Shown here: piece by piece, positions 25,757-45,062 of the stretch
Numbering within the stretch: the stretch's first letter is position 1
How the letters are laid out: every line of letters begins with the position of its first letter
Source of the DNA: Hypanus sabinus
Taxonomy: Eukaryota
Length of the DNA: 64,000 bases
Direction: 5' to 3'
NCBI RefSeq assembly: GCF_030144855.1
Contig: NC_082729.1
Location: 35,154,001 to 35,218,000 of the forward strand
Program-made: the position numbers and the translations under genes
Notes under the pieces: model-generated
The model's database searches: none
Told to the model about the DNA's origin: nothing
What the model saw: the letters and a program-made list of their open reading frames with translations, nothing else

Positions 25757-26130
25757 TCATACACACACGTTTCAAAAATCCTGCAAAGTGAAGATGCTTT
25801 GAAACATAATGATGTGTTGAGTTTCTAAATATCAAAATAATGCTATGAAGAGCAGTAAACAGTAAAAATTAGCAAGATCAAACTAATATTTGGGTTTACC
25901 ACCCTTTCCTTTTAAAGCTGCATCGATACTCTTACGTGCACTGTCGTGCGGTTTTGTTAGAATCTTGGCTGGTTGGTTCTTCCAAGCATCATGGAGAACT
26001 TCTCACAATTCGTCTGCAGCTTTTGGCTATCTCGCTTGCATCGGTTATGCCAGGTAATCCCAAAGAGCCTCGACGATGTTTCGATTCGAGGTCTCTGAAG
26101 GCCGTGCAATCTAAAACCACATAGAATTAA
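25757..26130 (-). mobile_element. Tc1 transposase C-terminal remnant
   Basis: Homologous to 12760-13040 and 35870-36145; further paralogs at 48990-49340 and 1-51. Confidence 0.6.
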
Positions 26131-27129
26131 ATCTAGCATGCCGAAGATATTTACACGGTCATATATTTTGCTGAATCCTTTGATACCACTTCATGCGTAC
26201 GGGCTGCTTCTTTCTTTATTCACCCTTGAAACACTTACGCCCGAGACTCTTAATTTTAGCAGTTTTAGTAAAAGATTGGTTGACATATTTTGAAGAAAAT
26301 ATGATGTTTAAATTCATCCTCATGTCTATACCCCTACCTTCTGTATAGATATGTAATACATGCACCGTGTCCTGTTAAAAGTATCTGATTCCTATCTGAT
26401 AAAATCAGTAGAGCTAGGATGATAGGGGCGTGATTGTCTCAAGCAACAGCTACTTCTTTGGAGATCAATCAATTTCCATGCCATATTCCCGTCTTCCGCG
26501 TGTAAATTAAGAAAGTTACAGCTGCGCATGACGTCACAGCTCTTTTCAAGGATGGCATTGGGATCTTCAGACTTTTCAACGGTAAAATGATACACGCAAG
26601 TTTAAAAGCTCGAGAGAGACGGGAACTCCGCCAGTGACGGCAGAACAACAGAGGCTCACAGAACACGAGAAAGGCGGGGTCGGCAGCTCCAGAATCCTGG
26701 TGCACTGGACATCCCACACACCCACACGTTACCCTCAGCTCAGGTAATGCTGTCTTACTGTCACACACAGTGTGGAGGGTGTGAATGGAGCCCCGTACCG
26801 CCCCTGAATAACTGCGTGCGCGGGTAACAGGAAAGCGTGGCGTACAGGAACTCTGGCCTGGGAGAAAGTCCCGAAGGAGAGAGGGATGCAGGAACGGAGA
26901 AGTAGAAATTCTGTACACGACTCCACCCTCCACAACAACCTCACCCAAATAATACAAAAGCTAAAGGCAGACGAGGAAGACGAGGAACAAAACCCTACAG
27001 GGCCAGTGGGATTTTGAGGTCTTTTACGGTGGGGGAGAGAGCAGGACTTCAGACTTGTTACTTCCACCAGCAAACAGCTTCCTGACACAAACTACGACGC
27101 AGAATCTCTATTCCACTGTCTCGCAAACT

Positions 27130-28850
27130 CTAACAGCGATGAAGGTAGACCAGTAGTGGCTGACATTTCTGGAATCTATCAGAAGGCAAATAATCTAAGT
27201 AGCACAAAGTGCATGTATTCTCAAGGCAAGATAACGCAACCATGGTTAAAAAGGGAAGTCAGCGTCGACACAAAAACCAAAGCGAGGGTTTATCATAGAG
27301 CAAATTAGTGGAATGTTAGAGGATTTCGAACATTTTCAAAACCAACAGAAAGCAGCTCCAAAAGTCATTAATGTAAAGATCAAGATAAAAGTAAGTTTGT
27401 CAACAGTATTAAAGAGTATACCAAAAGTTTCCTCAGATATATGAAGTGTAAACCAGAGGCAAGAATCGGTATCGGTAAGTGATGCTAGAGGTGTAGCAGT
27501 GTGGGACAAAGAAAAGTTGGAAGAACTGACTATGCGTTTTGCATCAGTCTTCACTGTGGAAGACACTAGCGGTATGGTGGATGTTCAGGATGTCAGAGGC
27601 CATGACGTCTGTGAGATCACTGTTACTAGAGAGAATTTCTTCAGAAGCTGATACGTCTAAGGTGGCTAAGTCAGCTGGACCGATGGTGTACACCCCAGGG
27701 GTCCGAAAGAGATGGCTGAAGAGATTTTGCAGGCATTATTTGACGAAATAGCAAGAGGGATAGACAAGGAAGAATCGGTTGATGTTGTGTGCATAGATTT
27801 TCAGCAGGCTTTTGTGAAGGTGCCACACCTAAAGCTGGTTAACAAGCTGCAACCCCATGGATTTACGGGAAAGATTCCAGCATGGATAAAGCAGTGCCTG
27901 TTTAGCAGGAGACAGAGAGCGGGAGCCTTCTCTGGCTGGCTGCCGGTGACACGTTGGTTTCCTCAGTGGTCTCTGATGGGTCCGATTCTCTTTACATGAT
28001 ATGATCATAATTTGTAAGACGGAATTGATGGCTATGTTGCAAAGTTTGCAAGCGGTACAGATGGAATGGAATTTAGTTTTGGTGAAGTACAGAGGCTACA
28101 AAAGACAGATAAGGAGTATGGGCAAAGACGTAGCAGATGGAATACAGTGTCGGGAAATACATGGTCATGCACTTTGGTCGTAGACCTGAAAGTATTGACT
28201 ATTTTCAGAATGGAGAGATTTTTTTAAAACAACAAATGAGGTGTAACAGGACTTGTGGTTCCTTTTGCATGATACCATGAAGGTTAATCTTCAGATTGAT
28301 TTTGTGGAGAGGAAAACAGTCGTGTTGTCAGCATTCATTTCATAGGATACAGAACATAAAAACAAAGATGTAACGTTCAGAATTTATGAATCAATGCTAA
28401 AGTCTCACTTGCACTATTGTCATCGGTTTTTGGCTGATTAACTCAGAACGAATATGCTGATACTGGAAATGGCTCACAGGAGATACACGAAATTCTTTCC
28501 TGGATTGAAAGGCTTGTCAAGTGGAAAGCGTTTGATGGCTCTGCACCTGTATTTACTAGAATGAGCGTGGGCTAATTGAAACCTATCAAACAGTGAAAGG
28601 CCTTTATCGGGTTTCTGTGGAGAAGAGGTTTCCTTTGGTGGAAGAGTCTAATAATAGGGAACACAGCCTCAATGGCCTTTTAGAACACAGATGAGCAAGA
28701 ATTTATTTGGCCAGAAAGCAATGACTCTGTGGAATTAGTTGACACGGGCAGCTGTGGGGGCTAAGACTCTTGGTATACTTAAGGCAGAGGTTAATGAATT
28801 CTTGTGTGGCCAAAGCATGTATTGATAGGGATACGGGGGAATATAGAACA
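27130..28850 (+). mobile_element. Old CR1 ORF2 remnant
   Basis: ORF 27712-27999 VDVVCIDFQQAFVKVPH; paralog at about 53900-55250. Confidence 0.8.
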
Positions 28851-29309
28851 TTGTGACAGTGACGACCAACATAGACTTCATGGCGATTTTACTGAATACA
28901 GGAGATAACTAATAAAATAGCTGCTGACTGTACGGCAACAACTCGATTATTTTGTACAGATCTCAGATATTTGACCCCAACCACCGCCCCAACACAGACC
29001 CACAGTATAAAAAGCAGACACTGGACAGGATGAACCCCATTAACCATTTTCCTGTCATATTTTCAATTCACTTACATCCTTGTGAATCCTGTAACAATAT
29101 TGACAATATTCCCAACAATCCAGCGATGCCAATTCTTTTTTTTTATTTTGTAAATGTCATCACAAATGTACCCATGAGCACAACTCAAATTTAGTCCAAA
29201 TCCATTTAATCTGTCACAAGCAATAGAACTCTGATGACCAGTGTCTGCGCACGATTCCCTACACACGGACAGTCCGTCGTCTGTGGGAAAATTGGTTCTC
29301 AGTAAAACC

Positions 29310-29830
29310 TACCAAGTTCAACTTACAAAGTAAATTTATTATCAAAGTATACGTCACCATACACAACCCTGATATCCCTCTTTTCAGACCATTCACAGTA
29401 AATACAAAGAAACTATATACAATCAATTAAAAACTGTATACCAACATGGACAAACAACCAATGTGTAAAAGACACCAAATTGTGCAAATAGAAAAAAGTA
29501 AAACAAAATGACATCAAAAAAAATAACAAGAGTATTGAGAACTTGAGTGTAGAGTTCTTGAAATTGAGTCTGTAGGTTGTGAGAACTGTTCACTGTTGGG
29601 TGAGGGAAGTTATCTGATCTGATTCAGCAGCCTCGGATGGTCGATTGGGACATAACTGTTCCTGAACCTGGTGGTCCTCTACTGAAGGATCTGATGCCTC
29701 CTGCCCGATGGCTGCACAGAGATGTGAGCATGGCCTGGATGGCATGGGTCTTTGATGATGGATGCTGCTGTCCTGTGAGGGCTCTCCCTGCAGATGTGCT
29801 CGGGTGGTGGCCAGGTCTTACCCTATGATG
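29310..29830 (-). mobile_element. Rex1/Babar-like non-LTR 3' remnant
   Basis: The minus strand resembles the IIKDPxHPGH...LLPSGRR...RFRNS...IRLLN C-terminus typical of Rex1-type RTs, with an AATAAA and repeat tail near 29335. Confidence 0.55.
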
Positions 29831-30249
29831 GACTGCTAAAGTCCTACCAAGTCGCCGTGAATCCCATACACACCGCACAGTGAATGTGATACAGCAGAAA
29901 TTACTGCAATGCAGTATTTTGGAATTTACACTGCAACAAACTTTTCAAACTCGCTGGTTTCCGCGGATGTTTACGTCCAGGAAAGTCAATCTTCGGCCTC
30001 AACAAACTCGTGAGATTCAAGTGCGATCCCACCCTAAATCCCTTGTTTCTGTAGATGTTGTGTAATTCGCTACCCTGTTACAAACTGATGTCACGAAATA
30101 ACAGACAACGCACCACATGCGATCAAAAGATTTATCTTTGCAATTCCTGATTTGTCTACAGGGTTAGTAAAGAAAATGTCAAAAACAATGGCCCATTTTA
30201 ATGAAACAGACTAATATTCTCTCTCTTTGCTCTTTGCTCATTCCTCATA

Positions 30250-32330
30250 GTTCAGTGGCAATGGCTGCAGGAGTAGTGTTTTTTTTTTACTCTGTGTAGC
30301 GTGTGGGGTGTTTGTGAGACCTCCGGAGGCCCAAATAAACACACCTGAACCAGGTGCGTCGAGATGCAGTTCCTGAGACAACGTATTAAGGAATTGGAGC
30401 TGCAGCTCCACGACCTTCGACAGATACGAGAGAATGGGGAAGTGAAAGACAGGAACTACAACCAGGAAATCAATTCAAAAATTCAGGAGACATTAACTGT
30501 CAGGAGAAGGATGGGAAATACACGGCCAGTACTCCTGCAGCTGTTTCCCTCAATAATAAGTATACAACTTTAAATACTATTGAGGGAGACGAATTACCAG
30601 GAGAGGGGGGGCACAGTAACCGGGTCTGAGTGCTCTACATCCGCAGAGCAGAGAGGTGAAGACGACTGAAGTGTTGACCGTCAAATAAACGGAGATGATA
30701 TTCTCTGGGCAGGTGAACAACACCAGACTGGCATGTTGCCTCCCTGGTGCCAGGATCAGTGATGTCTCTAAACGGATCCATGGCATTCCCAAAGGCGAGA
30801 GTGAGCAGGCAGAAGTCTTCGTATGTATTGGCACCAATGAACTAGGGAGACAAAGTGAGGAAATCCTGAAGAGATTTCAGATAGGTCAATAGAAAGCTGA
30901 GAATCTGAGAATAAAGCTGAGAATAAAGACCACAGGGGCAGTAATCGCTGGATTGCTGCTTGAGGCATGTGCCAGTGATAGTGAGGAGAGGAAGGTTTGC
31001 CAGTTCATTGTGTGGCTGATGAGCTCGTGTAAGGAGCAGGCAGAGGTTCAGATTTAGAGATCACCGGGATCTCCTCTGGGGAAGGTATGGCCTGTAAAAA
31101 AGGGACAGATTACACCTGAATTCAAGTTTCGCTGAAGTTGTTCGGGAATGTTTTTGGCAAGGCAGTGGAAACAAGAGTGATAGTGCTAAATATGAGCTAG
31201 TTGGTTTCCAAACAAAGGCAAATGCGTACTCAGGCTCCACGCAAGGAAAGGCTAATGACAGTAAAAATTGTAGTCAACAGGAATGGTCACAAAGTAAAAC
31301 GTGGCTAAACTCGAAGTGTGTGAACAGGAGACTGAAGGTACGATATTTGAATTCACACAGCAGACGGAATCAGGTGGATGAACTTGTATTGTAGCACCGT
31401 TACAGATTGGCATGTATGATGGTGTGGACATTACCGGATCGTGGCTGAATGAAGATTGTAGCTGGGAGCTTCGGATAGACAATGTATCGAAAGGTCAGTC
31501 AGGAAAGCAGAGGGGAGACACTACTCTGTTGGGAAAAAAATGAAATGAAATCATTGAGGATTGAACTATGGAATTACAAGTGCAAGAAACCCTGGTTGAA
31601 GTAATTGGGGAATTGAGTAGAAAGCTTAGGGTAAAAGACCTCAAAGGGGAAGTGATCATAACATAAACTGATTTACTCTGAGAAGGAGAAGCTGAACGTA
31701 GATCTATCAGAATGACAGCAGAGTAAAGGGAATTAAACTCATGAGAAAGGAGTTGGCCAGATTGATTGGAAAAGAACACTGGAAGTGATGATGGCAGAGA
31801 AGCAATGGCTGGAATTTCTCGAAGGAATTCGGAAGGCAGGGCATATATAGATCCAAAAGAGGAAGTATTCTAGAAGCAAAATGAAACATCATTGCCAAGA
31901 AGAGAAATTAAAGCTAACGTAAAGCCAAACATCGGCTATATATTCCACTAAGAATTGCTCGAAATTTAAGGGAGGAGCAAGCTTTTAAAAACCAACTGGA
32001 AAAAAAATAAAAAGTAATTAAAACCCTCAAGATGGAATAGGAAGGTAAGCTAGCCAATAATATTAAACAGGACACTAAATGTTTCTTTAGAGAAGTAAAG
32101 TGTTAAAGAGGGAGACAGGTAATATTGGACCGCTGTAAAAAGGTGCTGGAGAGATAGTAATGTGGGACACGGAAAGAGCGGAACACCTGAACAAGTATTT
32201 TGCATCAATGTTCATTGTGTAAGACACCAGCATGAAGTGTGTGAATTCAGTATTCCTAGCGAGAAGATTTTGGGGAACTTCAAAGGTCTGAACGTAGATA
32301 AGTCACATGGACCAGATGGGGTTAATTTCA
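30250..32330 (+). mobile_element. Old CR1 5' portion (ORF1 with SGNH esterase, APE region)
   Basis: ORFs 30364-30573 (ELELQLHDLR) and 30695-30892 (CCLPGARISD, IGTNE). Confidence 0.75.
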
Positions 32331-32334
32331 GAAA

Positions 32335-32990
32335 TTAACCGCTTAGCCTCTTCTGTCTACTTTACTTCTCAAAAATAAAGGAAATATTCCGTTCTTCGCA
32401 TCTCTCTGCGGGAAGTATAACCTCCTGGTGTCAACAGCTCAACTTCCTCATATTGGGCTTCTTGGAACTTCAAATGCAGAGAGTTTCTACCGAGGTGGAC
32501 TAACTCTTCTCTTCGGCTCATTCGGAATTAAGACCCCACCGTTGCTAAATCAGCATCCAAATTCCGCACAGGGCACAACTCCTTAAAGTACCTGGAGCAC
32601 CCGTTGAATCTCACCGTCCAATTTAACGTCTGAGTGTAAGTATTCAAAACTGCTGTGAACCGGAAACGGAGCCGGGAATTCCAGGAAAAGGTGAGATGCA
32701 TTTCAATGGGATTTATATTGCATACGTGTAATTTGGAAATGTGGCGTCTGACCAGGATGGCTGGTTTGCGGAAGAAACCCGACCTTCCTACTTTTGGGAG
32801 GATTTTCAGGAGATAACTCAATAACTCAGTGAATGCAGGGCAGTAAGTTTGTTAACATTCAGTTCAATGAGGAGAACTCTAGAGATTATAGATGCTGGTC
32901 TTGTTTTCCATGGGGTCGAAGGACACTGACCGATGACTTGACAAAATAAATAAAGATAACAGGTACAGAGACAGTGTAGATAGAATCATT
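32335..32990 (+). promoter_or_regulatory. Putative promoter and exon 1 of receptor copy 3
   Basis: Paralog of 5570-6190, with ACTTCCTCAT at 32442-32451, TTGCTAAAT at 32542-32550 and donor AAG|GTGAGA (GT 32691-32692). Confidence 0.45.
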
Positions 32991-33004
32991 TTCAGAAATT
33001 CCAG

Positions 33005-33895
33005 AACGAGAGTAGAGATAGCCGAGGAAATTATACACCAGTGAGTCTTCCCTCAGCGGTTGTTACATTAATGTAGAAGATCCTTAGAGGAAGTATTTAA
33101 GAACATTTGGAAAGGTATAATATGGTTAGGAATAGTCAGCTTGGCTTTGAGATGGGCAGGTCGTGCCTTACGAGCCTGATTTCATTTTTTGAGGATGTGA
33201 CTAAACACAGTGATGAAGGAAGAGCAGCAGATGTAACGTATAGAGATTTCTGCAAAGCATTTGATAAGGTACCACATGCAGGGGTTACTGAGAAAGTAAG
33301 GAGGCAATGCCCAAGGGGACATTGCTTTGTGGATACAAACCTGCCTTGCCCACAGAACACAAAGATTGGTTGTAGGTGGGTCATGTTCTGCATGGAGGTC
33401 AGTCACCAGTCGAGTGCCTCAGGGATCTGTTCTGGACCCTTGCTCTTCGTGATTTTTATCAATGACCTGGATGAGGAAGTATGCTTGCTGATGACACAAA
33501 GTTTGGGGATGTTGTGGATAATGTGGAGGGCTGTCAGAGGTTACAGCACGATATTGATAGGATGCAAAACTGGGCTGAGAGGTGGCAGATGGAGGTCGAC
33601 ACAGATAAGTGTGAAGTGGTTCATTTCGCTAGGTCAAATATGATGGCAGACTATAGTAATAATGGTAAGACTCTTGGCAGTGAGGAGCATCAGAGGAATC
33701 TTGTGGTTCGAGTCCATAAGACGCTTAAAGCGGCTGCACAGGTTAACTCTGTGGTTAAGAAGGCATATGGTGTATTGGCCTTCATCAATCGTGGAATTGA
33801 ATTTAGGAGCCGAGAGGTAATGTTGCAGCTATAGAGGACCCTGGTCAGACCCCATTTGGAGTACTGTGCTCAGTTTTGCTCGACTCACGACGGGA
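33005..33895 (+). mobile_element. CR1 RT fragment, truncated on both sides by deletions
   Basis: ORFs 33107-33643 and 33481-33834; colinear with about 9135-9970. Confidence 0.85.
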
Positions 33896-33949
33896 AGGCT
33901 GTAGTGCACCCCTCTCACTTTCACAATATCTCCTCCACCAGATCCGCCG

Positions 33950-34903
33950 ATGTCAGTCTCAGAAGGAGTATCCAACACGACGCTCGCTGGGAATGACTCC
34001 TCCCACAATACCACGGCCGTTGGAAACATGGAGTGGGATGCACCTTCCGTCATGTCAATGGTCATCTTCATCCTCACATTCCTACTGGGCGTCCCGGGTA
34101 ACGGTGCAGTCATCTGGGTGACGAGCTTCAAAATGAAGATTAAGGTCCACACGGTGTGTTTCCTGAACCTGGCTATGGCTGACCTGATCTATTGCCTGAC
34201 TCTTCCATTCCGCATTACCAACAACTCGCTGGCCTATTCTGGGTACAACCCCTACTTTTCCTGGAAGTATATTGGATTCTTCATGCTCCTCAACGCATCC
34301 GCCAGCGTATATCTGTTATGTCTGATCAGCATCTGCCGCTGCCTGGCTATTGCTCAACCTATTTGGTTCCAGCAACTTCTGAGCCTCCGATGGGTGCGTG
34401 CAGCCTGTTTCGGTGTCTGGATCCTAGCCTTCGTCATATGCCTGCCCGTCCTCCTGATCCAGGATTTGGGCAAGTGGATGACCGTGTTAGAGCTATTTTG
34501 GTTTCTTTTCATCTTCGGACTCCCCTTTCTAATTATGATCACCTGCTACTCGCTGGTTGGCTGGAAGCTGCAAGGGAGCAGGTTCGCCAAATCTAAAAAG
34601 CCTCTCCGCCTTATCATCACCGTGGTCGTCACATTTATGATCTGTTGGATTCCCAACGCTGTCTACGACCTCATATCAACCTTCTCCACACCGATCCCCG
34701 GAGCGTGGTCGTTACTCACTGTCGCCCTAGCCTCCTTGAACAGCGCCCTCAATCCTCTTCTCTATCTCTTCTCTGGCCGCGAATTTCACCAGGTCTGCAG
34801 CCGCTCGATTCTCGCCTCGCTCCGTCTGGCTTTCGCCGAGCAGAGGCTGGAATTGGAGACCCAGTCCCAGGCCTCCAACTTCACCTCAAATACGAATGTC
34901 TGA
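33950..34903 (+). CDS. Class A chemoattractant-receptor-like GPCR, copy 3, intact, 317 aa
   Basis: Same 7TM motifs as copy 1 (roughly 80% identical by eye); branch-point-like CTCAC, polypyrimidine tract and acceptor AG at 33940-33941. Confidence 0.94.
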   Translation: MSVSEGVSNTTLAGNDSSHNTTAVGNMEWDAPSVMSMVIFILTFLLGVPGNGAVIWVTSFKMKIKVHTVCFLNLAMADLIYCLTLPFRITNNSLAYSGYNPYFSWKYIGFFMLLNASASVYLLCLISICRCLAIAQPIWFQQLLSLRWVRAACFGVWILAFVICLPVLLIQDLGKWMTVLELFWFLFIFGLPFLIMITCYSLVGWKLQGSRFAKSKKPLRLIITVVVTFMICWIPNAVYDLISTFSTPIPGAWSLLTVALASLNSALNPLLYLFSGREFHQVCSRSILASLRLAFAEQRLELETQSQASNFTSNTNV

Positions 34904-35559
34904 GGGAGTTAGTTGCAGCCAGATATCCCACCGAGATCCTCTGACTGCAGACATAGTGAACCGTCGGATACAATAGTGTTCGGCAGTGGAGGCTTTCCTA
35001 CACCCCTATTTTAATCTCTTAGAACATAGAACATAGACCATTCGGCCTACAATTTGCCGTATCAATTCAATCAGTCGATAAATGCTCAATTAACCTAATG
35101 GCCTCCGCCTACCTTTATCCTTCGTTTATGCTGATTCCACCCATCTCAACATGTCTTAAAGGTCTCTAATACATCTACTCTCACCACCATTCCAGGCAGC
35201 ATATAGCAGGCACACACCACTGTCTGTGTAAATGAATTGCCCCTCGCATCTCCTTTCGAAATGAATCACTCTCGCTGTAAATGCACGTCCGCTGGTGTTA
35301 GAATTTTCAACCCTGGGAAACATATTGAATATACATGCCTTTCATGATCTACTAAACCTCATCCCGCCACCCCAGTGAAAACAACCCAAATGCATTCAAC
35401 CTCTCGTAGTAGACGATGCTTTCTAATACAGGCAGCATTCTGGTAAATCTCCTCTGCACCCTCTGCAAAGTCTCGACATCTTTCCTGTAATGGGCGACCA
35501 GAACTGTATACACCTCTTTCACCAAGTAGTCTCCACGTTCTTATGACCTGTCTCCTTCC

Positions 35560-36145
35560 AAGTCATTTTCACACAGAGAACAGGATGTTTTTTTCACAAC
35601 TTTCTTTGTAAATTCTACGGACTGTCGTGCGTGAAAATCCCATTAAATCAGCAGTTTCTGAAATAATCAAAACAATCTGTCTGGCGTGAACTGTCATCTG
35701 CGATCAAAGTCACTTAGATCGGGATTCTTTCCCATTCTGATGTTTGGTCTGTACAACCACTGAATCAATTGACCATACCTGCCTGTTTTTATGCATTGCG
35801 TTGCTTTCATATGAGCGGCTGATCTTTGCATTGACAAGCGGGTATACAGGAGTACCTAATAAAGTGGTCTAATGAAACGTAAAGCTTCTACATACAGAAA
35901 TAATACTATAAACAGCAATAAAAACTAAGAAAAATAAAATCAGATCAGTGTTTGTTGTTACCACCCTCTGCTTGTAAAGGTACATCACTTCTCTTACTGC
36001 CACAGTCGTGCAGTTTTACAAGAAAATCGGCTGGAAGGCCATCCCAAGCATCTTGGAGAACTTGCCACGGTCCTTCTGCACACCTTGGCTCTCTCGCTTG
36101 CTTCTGTTTCTCCAGGTAATCCCAGACAACCTCAATGATGTTGCG
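35560..36145 (-). mobile_element. Tc1/mariner remnants
   Basis: ORF 35945-36319(-) ends NIIEVVWDYLE...WQVLQDAW...QAEGGNNKH, matching the Tc1 transposase C-terminus. Confidence 0.8.
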
Positions 36146-36477
36146 ATGAAGTCCCTTTGCAGACAATGCCATCCAAAACCACATATAAAAAAATCGAGCG
36201 TGCCGAGGACATTGGCACAGTATTGGCTGCATCCTTTGGTAGACATCTTCGCGGTGCACAGCACAACTAAATCCATGTGTCGTTCTCAAACCTAATAACC
36301 CACCTATTTGGATATCCAACCCTTTTATTGATCCAGTTTATATCACAAACAACTGAAAGTCATAGCACTGCTCTGTGCGGAAACCGCCTGTCGTTGACTT
36401 GCAGTCAGAATAACATCACCCCCACCCCTTCTATAACCATGCCAAAGTTGACTTCACGGAATAAAGTCGCCGTGGAT

Positions 36478-42498
<6,021 letters not shown>

Positions 42499-42838
42499 AA
42501 AGTCACCATGGATTCCGTCCATAATATACACTCAATGACATCACCTCAGTGTTTTCGCCCCGTTGTACTTGAAAGATTGGCGCTCTCTACAGACGCACGA
42601 CACTCGAGTATATAAACCACTTCCTGCAAGCACGGTGCTTTCCTCTTTCATTCCGATATGAAGCACACAAGAGATAAGATCTCAGTCCATTTCTTATTTA
42701 CCTTTGAAACAGCAATACCTGTTAAGCTTTTAGTAGTTTTAATAAAACGTTCATGGACATATTTGGAAGAAAATTCATGTTTATGCTCCTTTAGACAGTA
42801 TAAATATAGATTACATGTACTATAGTGTAATGAGTACT

Positions 42839-43735
42839 TAGAAACATAGAAACAGAAAACCTACAATACAGGCCCCTCGGCCCACAATGTTGTTCCTTGC
42901 ATGTCCCTACCCATAGCCCTCTATTCTTCTAAGCTCCATGTACCTATCAAAAAGTCTCTTAAAAACCCCTATCGTATCCGCCTCCACCACCATTGCCGGC
43001 AGCCCATTCCACGGAATCACCACTCTTTGCGTAAAAATCTTACCCCGACATCTACTCTGTCAGTACTCCCAAGCACCTTAAACCTGTGCCTTCTTGCGGC
43101 AACCGTTTCAGCCCTGGGAAAAAAGTCTCTGACTATCCACATGATCAATGCCTCTTATCATCTTATACACTTCTATCAGGTCACTTCTCATCCTCCATAG
43201 CTCCAAGGAGAAAAGGCCGAGTTCAGTCAACCTGTTTTCAATAGGCATGTTCCCCAATCCAGGCAACATCCTTGTAAATCTCGTCTGCACCTTTTCTATA
43301 GTTCTCCATCCTTCCTGTAGCGAGGCGACCAGAACTGAGCACAGTGCTCAAAGTGGGGTCTGACCAGGATCCTATATAGCTGCAACATTACCTCTCGGTT
43401 CTTAAATTCAATTCCACGACTGACGAAGGCCAATGCACCATACGCCTTCTTAACCACAGAGTCAACTGCGCGGCTGCGTTAAGCGCCCTATGGACTCGGA
43501 CCCCAAGATCTCTCTGAGCCTCCAGACTGCCATTAATACCATTAATACTATATTCTGCCATCATACTTGACCTACCAAAATGAACCACTTCACACTTAAC
43601 TAGGTTGACATCCATTTGCCACCTCTCAGCCCAATTTTGCATCCTATTAATGTCCCGGTGTAATCTTTGACAGCCCTCCATACTATCCACAACATCCCCA
43701 AGCTTTGTGTATTCAACAAACTTACTTACAACAAA
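42839..43735 (-). mobile_element. CR1 RT/3' fragment (duplicate of 19209-20105)
   Basis: ORFs 43108-43290(-) and 43388-43933(-). Confidence 0.85.
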
Positions 43736-44201
43736 CTGGCACTGATAAGAGACGTTTACATGGGCGAACGAATGTGAGGAAGGTGGACGTTGTGTCAGCA
43801 GACGGGATTGCTGCGTTGGCCATGCAATTGCTAATTTAGTTGGTTCGGTACAATTTCTGTGACGATTTTGGACCATTTCTGTGCTGGATTCTTCTGCGTT
43901 TTTGCAGGACTCTGCAAAACGTCCTGAGCACATTTCGGTACTGAGGGTGACTTCGACTTTTCCACAGTACTGTATTTATCAACGCAGTTCCGAGGGTGCC
44001 TTTGAAAATCTGGCGGGCAGTTCAACGGCTGTTGGGAATGGCGAGGGTGAAGCACCACGGGAGGGATGTGGGAGAGGTGCCGGATAAGGTGTGCTATGGG
44101 CGGTGAGGGTTGAGGTAGCTGTCGTGGGTGCAGACACTCGTAACCCTGACACACGAGGCAATTCATTTGATTCCAACCAATTGGTTTCTTGATCATTACA
44201 G

Positions 44202-45062
44202 TGTTGCAATAAGTGTCTGGCAACAATAAATATAGAAATGAGTCAACTTTATAAACAAATAAGCAATTTATTGAACTCTGTTCAACAAAAATGAAAAGTA
44301 AACAAAAGACAAACATAAACGGAAGTTAACTGCTATACGGCAACACTGAAACAGTCTTAAAGTGGTAAATGTGAAAGTTCAAGTGATTTATACAGTCAAT
44401 TAGGAGAGACTTTCCTGAAGTAACGAATTCCTCGACGATGTGACGTTACTGCTAACCCTAGCCGAAGTGTGCCTTGTAAATAGGATTCACGACGATGAAA
44501 ATAGAAAAGGCTGAAATGAACTGACCTTCTTCTTGGCCAATGAACACTGCACAACCATTTCGACTCTTACAGGTAGGGGTTATCTCAGATGCAGGTCACT
44601 ATTTTCAATAAGGTCGATCCGGTAGTAAACCGCCGACGACACCAGCTCTACTCGATCCTTTGGGTTCCAGTACTTCGGTAAAGTCTTGACTCTCCAATAG
44701 TCTTTAAAATTAAATCAAAGATACATCAAATTTCACTGGCAGCGATTGGCAAAACTGCTGGCACAAAGGTTCTGTTCCTTACAGTGGAAAGTAAAACACT
44801 TTAAAACGAAGCTGCGTCATGAGAGCAAATATGCAGCATAACGGAGTAACCGACCAATTAAACGACGACTCAACACAAAAACTCTTGCTTCACGGCTGGC
44901 TTTCCCGTTTTATACCTGTTGGAACCTGTCGTCACGTGACCTCACACTGGCGGGAAAATTACATCACCCAGACCATCACAAGACCATCACATCATGCTCA
45001 CAAGATGCTCAATTACATCATGGTCATAAGACAGTCACAAGATGCCCACGGGGTATAGAACA
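44202..45062 (-). mobile_element. Solo LTR (duplicate of 20564-21468)
   Basis: TGTT...AACA termini with TSD ACAG (44198-44201, 45063-45066). Confidence 0.82.
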
